The translations under genes and the position numbers were made by a program. A stretch of 64,000 nucleotides of DNA from Macrostomum lignano (lineage: Eukaryota), in NCBI GenBank assembly GCA_002269645.1, contig NIVC01000109.1, positions 607,670 through 671,669 on the forward strand, written 5' to 3'. A model generated the notes under the pieces. That model searched no databases, had not been told where the DNA came from, and was given only the letters and a program-made list of their open reading frames with translations. Shown piece by piece: positions 1 to 39,593 of the stretch; the stretch's first letter is position 1, and every line of letters begins with the position of its first letter.

Positions 1-333
1 GGTAGAGTGGGGTGTTGTAGGGTAGAGTGGGGTGTTGTAGGGTAGAGTGGGGTGTTGTAGGGTAGAGTGGGGTGTTGTAGGGTAGAGTGGGGTGTAGTAG
101 GGTAGAGTGATGTATGGTAGGGCAGAGTGGGGTGTTGTAGGGTAGAGTGATGTATGGTAGGGTAGAGTGATGTATGGTAGGGTAGAGTGGGTGTTGTAGG
201 GTAGAGTGGGGTGTTGTAGGGTAGAGTGGGGTGTTTTAGGGTAGAGTGGGGTGTTTTAGGGTAAAGTGGGGTGTTTTAGGGTAGAGTGGCGTGTTGTAGG
301 GTAGAGTGGGGGGTGTTTTAGGGTAGAGTGGGG
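1..333. repeat. 20-bp minisatellite (GGTAGAGTGGGGTGTTGTAG)n
   Basis: Directly visible. Confidence 0.95.
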
Positions 334-345
334 TTCATCTGGGCA

Positions 346-2434
346 GAGCGGACTATCCCGAATGCAGTAGCTTGCTTTCCTACCAACGGCAGGAGTCGCA
401 CAAGATGATGTCAGACGATGACGAGCTGGAAAAAGAAATTCGTCGAGAACTTGAAGAGGAGAATCGAGAAAGTCAACGGCAACGGGAAAGACGTCAGAGG
501 GAGGTGAAGGAGGTGAGTGAGAATTGGCATCAAGGTTATTTCCAGCAACACTATTATCGACACTATTAACCGAAACTATTACCGACACTATTAGCCGACA
601 CTATTAGCCAACACTATTAACCGACACTATTACCGACACTATTAACCGACACTATTAACTGACACTATTAACCGACACTATTAACCGACACTTTTACCAA
701 CACTATTAACCGACACTATTAACCGACACTATTAACCGACACTATTAACCGACACTATTACCGACACTATTACCGACACTATTACCGACACTATTACCGA
801 CACTATTAACCGACACTATTACCGACACTATTAACCGACACTATTAACCGACACTATTAACCGACACTATTAACCGACACTATTACCGACACTATTACCG
901 ACACTATTAACCGACACTATTACCGACACTATTAACCGACACTATTAACCGACACTATTACCGACACTATTACCGACGCTATTAACCGACACTATTAACC
1001 GACACTATTACCAACACTATTAACCGACACTATTAACCGACACTATTAACTGACACTATTAACCGACACTATTAACCGACACTTTTACCAACACTATTAA
1101 CCGACACTATTAACCGACACTATTACCAACACTATTAACCGACACTATTAACCGACACTATTAACTGACACTATTAACCGACACTATTAACCGACACTTT
1201 TACCAACACTATTAACCGACACTATTAACCGACACTATTACCGACACTATTACCGACACTATTAACCGACACTATTACCGACACTATTACCGACACTATT
1301 ACCAACACTATTAACCGACACTATTAACCGACACTATTACCGACACTATTACCGACACTATTAACCGACACTATTACCGACACTATTAACCGACACTATT
1401 AACCGACACTATTACCGACACTATTACCGACGCTATTAACCGACACTATTAACCGACACTATTACCAACACTATTAACCGACACTATTACCGACACTATT
1501 AACCGACACTATTAACCGACACTATTACCGACACTATTAACCGACACTATTACCGACACTATTAACCGACACTATTACCGACACTATAACCGACACTATT
1601 AGCCGACACTATTAACCGACACTATTAACCGACACTATTAGCCGACACTATTAGCCGACACTATTACCGACACTATTAACCGACACTATTAACCGACACT
1701 ATTAACCGACACTATTACCGACACTATAACCGACACTATTAGCCGACACTATTAACCGACACTATTAACCGACACTATTAACCGACACTATTAACCGACA
1801 CTATTAACCGACACTATTAGCCGACACTATTAACCGACACTATTAGCCGACACTATTAACCGACACTATTAGCCGACACTATTACCGACACTATTAACCG
1901 ACACTATTAACCGACACTATTAACCGACACTATTACCGACACTATAACCGACACTATTAGCCGACACTATTAACCGACACTATTAACCGACACTATTAAC
2001 CGACACTATTAACCGACACTATTAACCGACACTATTAGCCGACACTATTAACCGACACTATTAGCCGACACTATTAAGCGACACTATTAACCGACACTAT
2101 TAACCGACACTATTAGCCGATACTAATATCGACAGGTCCGTTAGTAGCAACAGAATTACCGACACTACTCTAATAATATTACCGGCACTATTTCCGACAT
2201 TAGTACCGACAAAATTATAACACTTTCAAAATTATTACCGACTTTATTACCGACACTACTGTCGACACGATTACCGAGATGATTACCGACACTATTCCGG
2301 GAAACTTCAATCCTCACCTGTTTCAGTCGGAGGACTCCACAAGCGAGGACGCCATGCAGAATCTGTCGGATACCCAAGCGGATGTCGGCGGCCCCAGCGG
2401 CTCCCAGGAGCTGCGGCTCTCGGCCAACAACTAG
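346..2434 (+). CDS. 3' end of an unidentified spliced gene (last two coding exons ~346-512 and 2327-2434)
   Basis: Acidic/coiled-coil ORF ...SDDDELEKEIRRELEEENRESQRQRERRQREVKE ends at a phase-0 donor GAG|GTGAGT (513). A phase-0 acceptor TTTCAG|TCG at 2327 continues SEDSTSEDAMQNLSDTQADVGGPSGSQELRLSANN* (TAG 2432-2434). The 5' boundary of the first exon is uncertain and the family was not recognised. Confidence 0.6.
555..2290. repeat. 12/13-bp minisatellite (GACACTATT[A]ACC)n
   Basis: Directly visible; fills the intron 513-2326. Confidence 0.97.
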
Positions 2435-3194
2435 CCAGGGTGTGACTCAAAGACGAGCAGCTTTATCACAAATAGGGTTTCTAGAATTCCAAAAATTGCG
2501 AGAAGTTTTCCACATTCCACGGATCGGCGCCAGGTTTACCCCATACTATGCTACTGAAAGTAGGCCAGCAAAAATATCAATTCACAATTTGCCATCAATG
2601 ATTCTGTACAGTTGCTGCGTTTTTCTATTGAAATTTTCTTATTTTAATTTTTGTTTGTTTATTCGTTGTGATTCATTGGAAACTGCTCGCGAAAATGACC
2701 GAAACTCGACCGCATTTAGGATTGTGTGATAAACTGAAATTTGAACTGCCGTCTTGACCTGTCCGTCTCTGTCTGTTTTTTGCAACTTTAAACAAATTTT
2801 CTAATCTTTCTAATCTTGTGTTTTCTTGCTAGCAGCGTTAAATTCTGTTTGTTTTACATGCTCGTAAGCGTGAGTTTATCTTCGAAATATTGTGATACAT
2901 TAAACTGCCGCCAAACACGGTTGCAGCACGGAGTTCAACAAAAACTTGAGGTTCTTTTTATTTATTTTAGTTCTCCAAGTCCGGTAAAATATTGGACTAA
3001 AGTTGCATGTACAAATTCTTCTGAGGGTCAAGGAGATCAGGGACGGCGGGGGCGCGGGCGAACCTGCAAGTGAAGCACTGATTCACAGATGGGTGATGCC
3101 AAATAAATAATTTTATCAACTGACAAAACAGTGCAAAAAATTTCACCTAGGAGATTGTTTGATAGGCGCTAGTTTCAATAGACTGAACAGTCAA

Positions 3195-3228
3195 CCGATC
3201 AATCAATCAGTCGATCAATCAATCAACA

Positions 3229-3259
<31 letters not shown>

Positions 3260-3260
3260 T

Positions 3261-3296
<36 letters not shown>

Positions 3297-3630
3297 CATA
3301 AATCAGTCAATCAATCAAAACATAAATCAGTCAATCAATCAATCAGTCAGTCAATCAGTCAATCAATCAATCAATCAACCAACCAATCAATCAGTCAATC
3401 AATCAATCAATCAATCAATCAGTCAATCAGTCAATCAATCAATCAATCAATCAATCAGTCAATCAATCAATCAATCAATCAGTCAGTCAATCAGTCAATC
3501 AATCAATCAATCAATAAATCAGTCAATCAGTCAATCAATCAATCAATCAATCAGTCAGTCAATCAATCAATCAACCAATCAATGAGTCAATCAGGCAATC
3601 AATCAATCAGTCAATCAATCAATCAATCAG

Positions 3631-3682
<52 letters not shown>

Positions 3683-3712
3683 CCAATCAATCAATCAGTC
3701 AAGATCAGTCAG

Positions 3713-3715
<3 letters not shown>
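3195..3715. repeat. (AATC)n microsatellite, with AGTC variants
   Basis: Directly visible. Confidence 0.97.
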
Positions 3716-31587
<27,872 letters not shown>

Positions 31588-31761
31588 CTGAAGTCTCCTG
31601 TCTCTCTGAAGGCTGATCTTGACAAAAAAAACTCCCGGGGGAGCACCGATCGCGACTAGAGAGGAACTGGCTGAGGCCCCATCTCCTGCTGCGTGGTATG
31701 GGGAGGAACTGCCCTCCGGGCTTCGCCTGTCAAGCTGTCTCCAAGTTCAAAAGCAGAGAAT

Positions 31762-31764
<3 letters not shown>

Positions 31765-31828
<64 letters not shown>
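31765..31828. repeat. (GA)n microsatellite
   Basis: Directly visible. Confidence 0.95.
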
Positions 31829-31831
<3 letters not shown>

Positions 31832-32154
31832 ACTAAAAAAGGCCTAAAAACGACTTATACTATCGAGCCAATGCTTAAATAAGCCTGCAGTGGCCCCTCT
31901 GCTAACTGATGCGGGGTCACGTCGGATGGACCTGCGCCAGTCCTTCTCTTACTCTGAGATTTCAACTCGTGCGAGCGATTATATATACAAACTAAGGCTG
32001 TCGTATTGGAGGAGAGTTGGGGAAGGAGATGTCGGACGAAACATCCTGCGAAAGATTCTGGAACTTCAATGCACGCCCTTCGACATCATTGGTTGAAAGG
32101 TTTTTTGGGGTGGGAGTTGGTTGGGTCACCGACTGATGGCACTTTTGACTGATC

Positions 32155-32685
32155 GAATAGCCTCCTGACACTAATATTAAGTAGCTCCTGACACTAATAT
32201 TGAGTAGCTCCTGACACTAATATTGAGTAGCTCCTGACACTAATATTGAGTAGCTCCTGACAATAATAACGAGTAGCTCCTGACACTAATATTGAGTAGC
32301 TCCTGACACTAAAAACGAGTAGCTCCTGACACTAACAACGAGTAGCTCCTGACACTAATAACAAGCAGATACTGACAGTAATAAACTGCTTCTTAAAATA
32401 GTGAGTAGCTTCAATATTTACATGTATCAGCTCCTGACACAATATCAATCAGCTCCTGACACAATATCAATCAGCTCCTGACACAATATCAATCAGCTCC
32501 TGACACAATATCAATCAGCTCCTGACACAATATCAATCAGCTCCTGACACAATATCAATCAGCTCCTAACGCAATATCAATCAGCTCCTGACACAATATC
32601 AATCAGCTCCTGACACAATATCAATCAGCTCCTGACACAATATCAATCAGCTCCTGACACAATATCAATCAGTTCCTGACAGAAT
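32155..32685. repeat. 23-bp then 22-bp minisatellite with AGCTCCTGACAC core
   Basis: (GTAGCTCCTGACACTAATATTGA)n followed by (ATCAGCTCCTGACACAATATCA)n. Confidence 0.95.
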
Positions 32686-33162
32686 AATAACCAAATAAAA
32701 TTTCATAATTCGTTAATCTGCATCAGCCTGACTCCCTGAGGTCGTAGAGGTCAGGCCAGAAAAAAAATTTGATGACGAATCTTCCGAAAATTGATGAAGC
32801 AAAACTTCTGCCGTCCCGTATCTCTGTTCCACTCCATGATGGCAGGCCCGAGAGCTGCCGCTCTCTTCATCTTACCCTCTCAACTCGAGCCGAGACTACT
32901 CAAATTCCAAATAGATAAGAGCGCCGCTGCTGAGCGATAATCGCCATCGATTGAGGCTGCGACTCCTCCTGCAGCCTCCTGCCAACCCTCGCTACCTACC
33001 AGTTTGTTCGGTCCCTTCCTTAATCAATTCTTCCATCTCAGAATCTGTTCATTGCTCTGCCTGCCCGCCTGTCTGTAAAGAGTCTCCAGGCCTCTCGGAT
33101 CCTAAATTTAGCTGTAAATTTGGATGCTGTGATACTAAACTAAAGACACTAAATCGACAAAA

Positions 33163-33731
<569 letters not shown>

Positions 33732-34339
33732 GTATAGCAGCATTGCACTAAATGCTGATCATGTTACACAGACAAATAGCCGGCCAGCCGGCCATCTGCC
33801 TGCAATCAGCGCAGCGCTAAACAGACAGCAGAGGCAGGGATAAGTTGATTTAATGATGAGCTCAGCTCTGAATTGAGCTGCTATCCGAAATGCACTCTTA
33901 GAAAAATCGAGTTGGGATTGAGCAAGTGGTGGATGGGCGGGAGATGTTCATGCATCTTGTGTGTACCCCTACAGTCTCTGCTGTTCCATCTTGTCCTGAC
34001 CCCTAATCCCCAAACAGAGATTGGAATGCTCAGCTTCCATGATGAAGACTTAGCTCTCGGAGAACCCGGGCAGTTCGTGCATCTGGGCCGCGCTTATTAT
34101 GCTAATTTTAGGCAGTTAGTTAATCATGACAATCGGAGCTTGCGATCGATGCCTTCGAGTTGTCTCCATCGGCCTGGTCTTGCCGGGGTTCATTGCACAG
34201 GTGGTGCTGGCAGAAATTATCGCACGGGATTGCCCGATTTAACTGACTGACTGAAGCTGGTCCACTTGAGCTCGGGCTCTCTGATGAAGTGTCAAGGGGG
34301 TAGCGGGGTTACTTTAAATTTAAGGTTGAAATTGGGAAA

Positions 34340-34935
34340 GAATGGAAGGAAGGAGAGAGGAGAGGAGAGATGGGAAGAGGGAAGAAAGAGGGAAAGAGTG
34401 GAGGAGAGAGCAGAGAGGGGAGAAGGGGAGAAGGGGATGGAGGAGAGAGAGGAGGAGAGACGGGGAGAGAATGGATAAGAGAGGAGAGAGGGGAGAAGGG
34501 GATGGAGGAGAGACTGGGAGAGGAGAGATGAGAGAGGGGAGAGAAGAGAGAGGGGAGAGGGGGAGAGGGGAGAGAAGAGAGAGGGGGAGAGGGGGAGAGG
34601 GGGGAGAAGAGAGAGGGGGAGAGGGGGAGACTTACTTGACTTAGCTGCAGGGGCTCCGTGCGTCCGGAAACAGCGAGGAGGCGTTTCCGCCCATTTCGCT
34701 AACCCCTGGCGACCGGAGAGGGGGGAGAGGGGAGAGAGGAGAGAGGGGGAGAGAGGGGAGAGGGGGAGAGGGGAGAGAGGAAAGGGGGGAGAGGGGAGAG
34801 GGTAGAGACGGGAGAAGGGGAGAGAGGAGAAGCAACATAGGGAGGAGAGAGGATAGGGAAGAAGGGGAGGAGAAGGAGAGATGATAAAGAGAAGTTGATG
34901 GAGACGTGAGAGGGAAAATACAGGAGACAGAGGGA
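34340..34935. repeat. GA-rich low-complexity tract, interrupted at ~34630-34715
   Basis: Directly visible. Confidence 0.85.
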
Positions 34936-35474
34936 GGAAGCGGTTGTTGCCCGGTTGTAGTCAGGTAGGCGGTCAGTAGGCGTTTGAGTTGACTCAGGCT
35001 GGAAGGCTACATGTGGTGGGATAAAAGAATGGAGAGAGGGGGGTAGATGAAATTACCGGAAAGAGGCAGAGAAGTAGAGAGAAATGAAAGGTGGAGAAAT
35101 AGTTAGTGTGAAGCAGAGGGATTTTGAACCCGTTATAACCCTAAAGCCTAGACTTCAGTGTTGCAGTTCAGTCTTAAGTGACATTTCGGGCGCAGCTCTC
35201 GCTGGGTGTTGGGGACGGCTGCACAGTGTGCGAACTTCACCGGATTTGTCTATTTTGGCCGTCTGCACCGCACAGGTCTGAATGATTGATGAAGCGAGTT
35301 GCATAGAGATAAACAAGGGAGAAAAGGAGAAAATCGGGAAAATGAGGGAAGTAAGGATTCGATATCTGCCGGAGTAGACTATGGAGGCATGATGGACTTT
35401 TATACTGGCTGGGCTGACCGAATAGTTGTCTTATGATAGACTATCGATCTTGTAGATCCCTAGAGATTCCTGTA

Positions 35475-35852
35475 GATCAAAATCTAGAGATCTAGAGATC
35501 TGAATCTAGAGATATATGGATCTAAATCTAGACATCTTGAGATCTGAATCTAAAGGTCTAGAGATCTGAATCTAGAGATTAATAGATCTGAATCTAGAGA
35601 TCTATGGATCTGAATTTAGAGATTTATGGATCTGAATCTAGAGATTTATGGATCTGAATCTAGAGATCTATGGATTTGAATGTAGATATCTAGATATCTG
35701 AATCTAAAGGTCTAGAGATCTGAATCTAGAGATTTATGGATCTGAATCTAGAGATCTATGGATCTAAATCTAGACATCTTGAGATCTGAATCTAGAGATC
35801 TATGGATCTGAATGTAAAGATCTATAGATCTGAATCTAGAAATCTAGAGATC
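35475..35852. repeat. ~22-bp palindrome-rich minisatellite (GGATCTGAATCTAGAGATCTAT)n
   Basis: Directly visible; dense TCTAGA/AGATCT motifs. Confidence 0.9.
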
Positions 35853-36821
35853 TTAATCGGACCAAGGGTTGTGGCGCAAGAGCCAGAATCAGCGGTAGCT
35901 CGTACAGACCAATTCAAAAAAAGACTGAGAGAAAAGAGAAGTGTAACCTATCAAGAGATTCTAGGGATTTTGATCCATCAGATTAGAGTCTGGATACTCG
36001 TAAAACAGAGAGGCAGTTTCCTAAGGTGCTCCGAAAGTACACAATACACTAGCAGAGTACAGTGAAGGCCATCTAGCTGACCGACCGATTGTCAGGTGAA
36101 AATTGTCTGGCTGTGTACACTGAACTAATTGTACTGTACACTGTACAGAGATGCGAGAGCTAGGTGAGGGCAGAGTGGCTGAGAACACTTCAGACTGTTA
36201 CTAGGCAGTCTATAAACTCAAACCAGAGGCTCTGAATGCGCCAGTTTTCTTAGAACTCCGGAGTTACAAAAGACAGGTGAGTCAATTCTCTCAAAAGCTA
36301 CTAAGAAAGAAAATTCCACTAAAACAATAATGACCACGTCGAGTGCGGAGTCGTCCCAGCAGAAAACGACATGGGAGGACCCCGGTACAAAGGTAACTTT
36401 TCAGCCGATCTCTGTCGTGTTGGGCAAAAGTGCAGCTGTGAGGAATTATTGCTTTGTACAGCATAGCCTGCACTAAGGAGTGAGTAGGGGGGCTGCCAGA
36501 TTGGGACAAGGCAAGATCGAAGACGAAATTAGGGGAGAAATTGCATTTCTGCTGGAGCTCACAGATGAGAGAGAGGGGGAGACAGTGAGCGAAATGAGGG
36601 AAGTCCGGCAGTCCAAAACGGTCTTCACGGCCAAGGCGGCCCAAGACCAGCAGCTTGGAGTTTAGCAACTTCTCACCAGCTCCTTTGTTTAGACTGCTGT
36701 AGGCTGATTCTATTTGTTTATTTTGCACATATTTTAATAAAGTTATCATAATTTCCGTTTGATGAAATCATATATTGTAAACATGCTTTCAATTTTTGGG
36801 CCGAATAAATTCTGAGCTCGT

Positions 36822-37388
36822 GAGCCTTGGCATCTCAGCAACTCCCCCATGAGCCTTGGCATCTCAGCAATTCCCCCATGAGCCTTGGCATCTCAGCAAT
36901 TCCCCCATGAGCCTTGGTATCTCAGCAACTCCCCCATGAGCCTTGGCATCTCAGCAATTCCCCCATGAGCCTTGGCATCTCAGCAATTCCCCCATGAGCC
37001 TTGGCATCTCAGCAATTCCCCCATGAGCCTTGGCATCTCAGCAATTCCCACATGAGCCTTGGCATCTCAGCAATTCCCCCATGAGCCTTGGCATCTCAGC
37101 AACTCCCCCATGAGCCTTGGCATCTCAGCAATTCCCCCCAGTGAGCATTGGCATCTCAGCAATTCCCCCCAGTGAGCATTGGCATCTCAGCAATTCCCCT
37201 CGAGAGCCTTGGCATCTCAGAAATTTCCCCCGTGAGGCAATGGCATCTCAGCAATTCCCTCCGTGAGCCTTGGCATCTCAGAAATTCCCCTCGAGAGCAT
37301 TGGTATCTCAGCAATTCTCCTCGATAGCATTAGCATCTCAGCAATTCCCTCAGTGAGCATTGGCATCTCAGCAATCCCCCTCGTGAGC
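36822..37388. repeat. 29-bp minisatellite (GAGCCTTGGCATCTCAGCAATTCCCCCAT)n
   Basis: Directly visible. Confidence 0.95.
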
Positions 37389-38032
37389 CATCATGACCTG
37401 CCTATCTTATTAGTGTAACCTGAGCAAGTGCAGTCAGCTCACTCAATGGAGACTCACAGGAATTGATGCCTGCACAGCTGGGGAGCCGCTACTCCAGGCG
37501 GCTGGCTCTGGGTCTCCTTGCCAGCAAGCCGTCCCCAAATGTGCGAGAAATTCATTTCACCACTTCTGCACTCGGCCGGGGGTCCCTTGGTACCCTCTTT
37601 CAGCAGCTAAGCAGATCACAGCTTGCCCACTGGCTACACACCACTCTTCTACTAAAAGAGCAGCCATTCTGCTTTGCTGCCAGCAGGAAATTGCACGAAC
37701 CGCCCTCTCCTCTTTCACAGAGCAGACGATTAGGCCGCCTGATTGCGGAGAAGTGTTTTAGAAATTCTTGAAAATCGTTTTATCGAACGATGATTAGAGT
37801 TTTTTGCCATTTATTGTACATTCTACTGAAGCTCAATCAGTAAGTAGGCTGGTGCGTCTGTAGTGATTAAAACTATTTTAGCCAAGTAGTTTGTCTAATT
37901 ATCCTATGACATAATTTTGAGACTCAAAGAATAAAGTTCTATGGCTAATCTTGGGTTTTTTAATGCTCTCACTAATGAGAACATGTTCGGACTTCCGATA
38001 GAAATGCTTTAAAAATGCCTCCAAGATTCCAA

Positions 38033-38132
38033 GATTCCAATTCAGCCCCAACTTAATGTGACTGCACTTGGAATCAAGCCTGGGCCGCTGGCACATCAGA
38101 GCGCCGCGCTGGACCTCTGGGCTACGGCCCCC
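38033..38132 (-). mobile_element. tRNA-derived SINE, 3'-truncated copy
   Basis: TGTGACTGCACTTGGAATCAAGCCTGGGCCGCTGGCACA...CTGGGCTACGGCCCCC. Confidence 0.75.
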
Positions 38133-38149
38133 ATCCCATTACCCACAAT

Positions 38150-38990
38150 CCGATGACTCATAATCCAATGACTCATCATCCAATGAACTCATCATCCAAA
38201 GACTCATCATCCGATGACTCATCATCCAATGACCCATCATCCAATGACTCATCATCCAATGACTCATCATCCAATGACCCATCATCCAATGACTCATCAT
38301 CCAATGACCCATCATTTAATGACTCATTATCCAATGACTCATCATCCAATGATTCATCATCCAATGACCCATCATCCAATGACCCATCATCCAATGACCC
38401 ATCATCCAATGACCCATCATCCGATGACTCATAATCCAATGACTCATCATCCAATGACCCATCATCCAATGACTCATCATCCAATGACTCATCATCCAAT
38501 GACCCATCATCCAATGACTCATCATCCAATGACCCATCATTTAATGACTCATTATCCAATGACTCATCATCCAATGATTCATCATCCAATGACCCATCAT
38601 CCAATGACCCATCATCCAATGACCCATCATCCAATGACCCATCATCCGATGACTCATAATCCAATGACTCATCATCCAATGACCCATCATCCAATGACCC
38701 ATCAACCAATGACCCATCATCCAATGACCCATCATACAATGACCCATCATCCAATGACCCATCATCCAATGACCCATCATCCAATGACCCATCATCCAAT
38801 GACCCATCATCCAATGACCCATCATCCAATGACCCATCATCCAATGACCCATCATCCAATGACCCATCATCCAATGACTCATCATCCAATGACTCATCAT
38901 CCAATGACTCATCATCCAATAACCCATCATCCAATGACTTATAATCTAATGACTCATAATCAAATGATTCATAAACCAGTGACTCATAAT
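38150..38990. repeat. 15-bp minisatellite (ATGACCCATCATCCA)n
   Basis: Directly visible. Confidence 0.96.
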
Positions 38991-39069
38991 CACCAAATAG
39001 CAGCTACTTGGTTAAGAAAGAGTTGACTCAGACTTCAACCCAGCCTCCGAACCCTCCACCATCACACAG

Positions 39070-39593
39070 ATGGCCAAAAGACTGGCCGAGCTGACAGTCG
39101 CTGAGAACTACTCCCAGCTCAGGCGCCTGGCAACTACCGGTAACTGTCGGTGTCGAACACGAAACGAGGGCCGCACGCCGCTAATGCTGGCGGCCCAAGT
39201 CGGCCAGGCGACCTCCTGGCGCTACGCGAAATGCATCGACCTGCTATTGGACCGAGGCGCCAGCGCACGCGCGACGGACAAGGCCACGGGGGACACCGCG
39301 GCACACTTGGCCGCTCGAACTGGCAACCTCCGCCTGCTGTCAGCGCTGCCCTACGAAGACTCCAGCGGTAGTCCGGTGAAATTTGCCATCAACGGCGAAG
39401 GTCGAACGCCGCTGATGGAGGCGGCGGAGGCTGGCAGCTGGGAGTGCGCGCGGCACCTGCTGCACCTGCTGCGGCAGCGACGGCGAAGGGAGAAGAGAAA
39501 GTCGTTGCTGAACCTCAAGGATAAAAAAGGCTGCACAGTTGCCGACTTGGCCGAGGCGGCGGGACACCCGGAGCTGGCTGAGGTCATCCGGAT
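39070..39593 (+). CDS. Ankyrin-repeat exon 1 (~4 ANK repeats)
   Basis: TPLMLAA...CIDLLLDRGA, TAAHLAARTGN, TPLMEAAEAG, TVADLAEAAGH. The apparent ORF stop overlaps the donor AT|GTGAGT. Confidence 0.9.

Noticed and set aside
36291-36749. 152-aa minus-strand ORF and overlapping 61-aa plus-strand ORF
   Set aside because: No recognisable motif and no phase-consistent splice partners.
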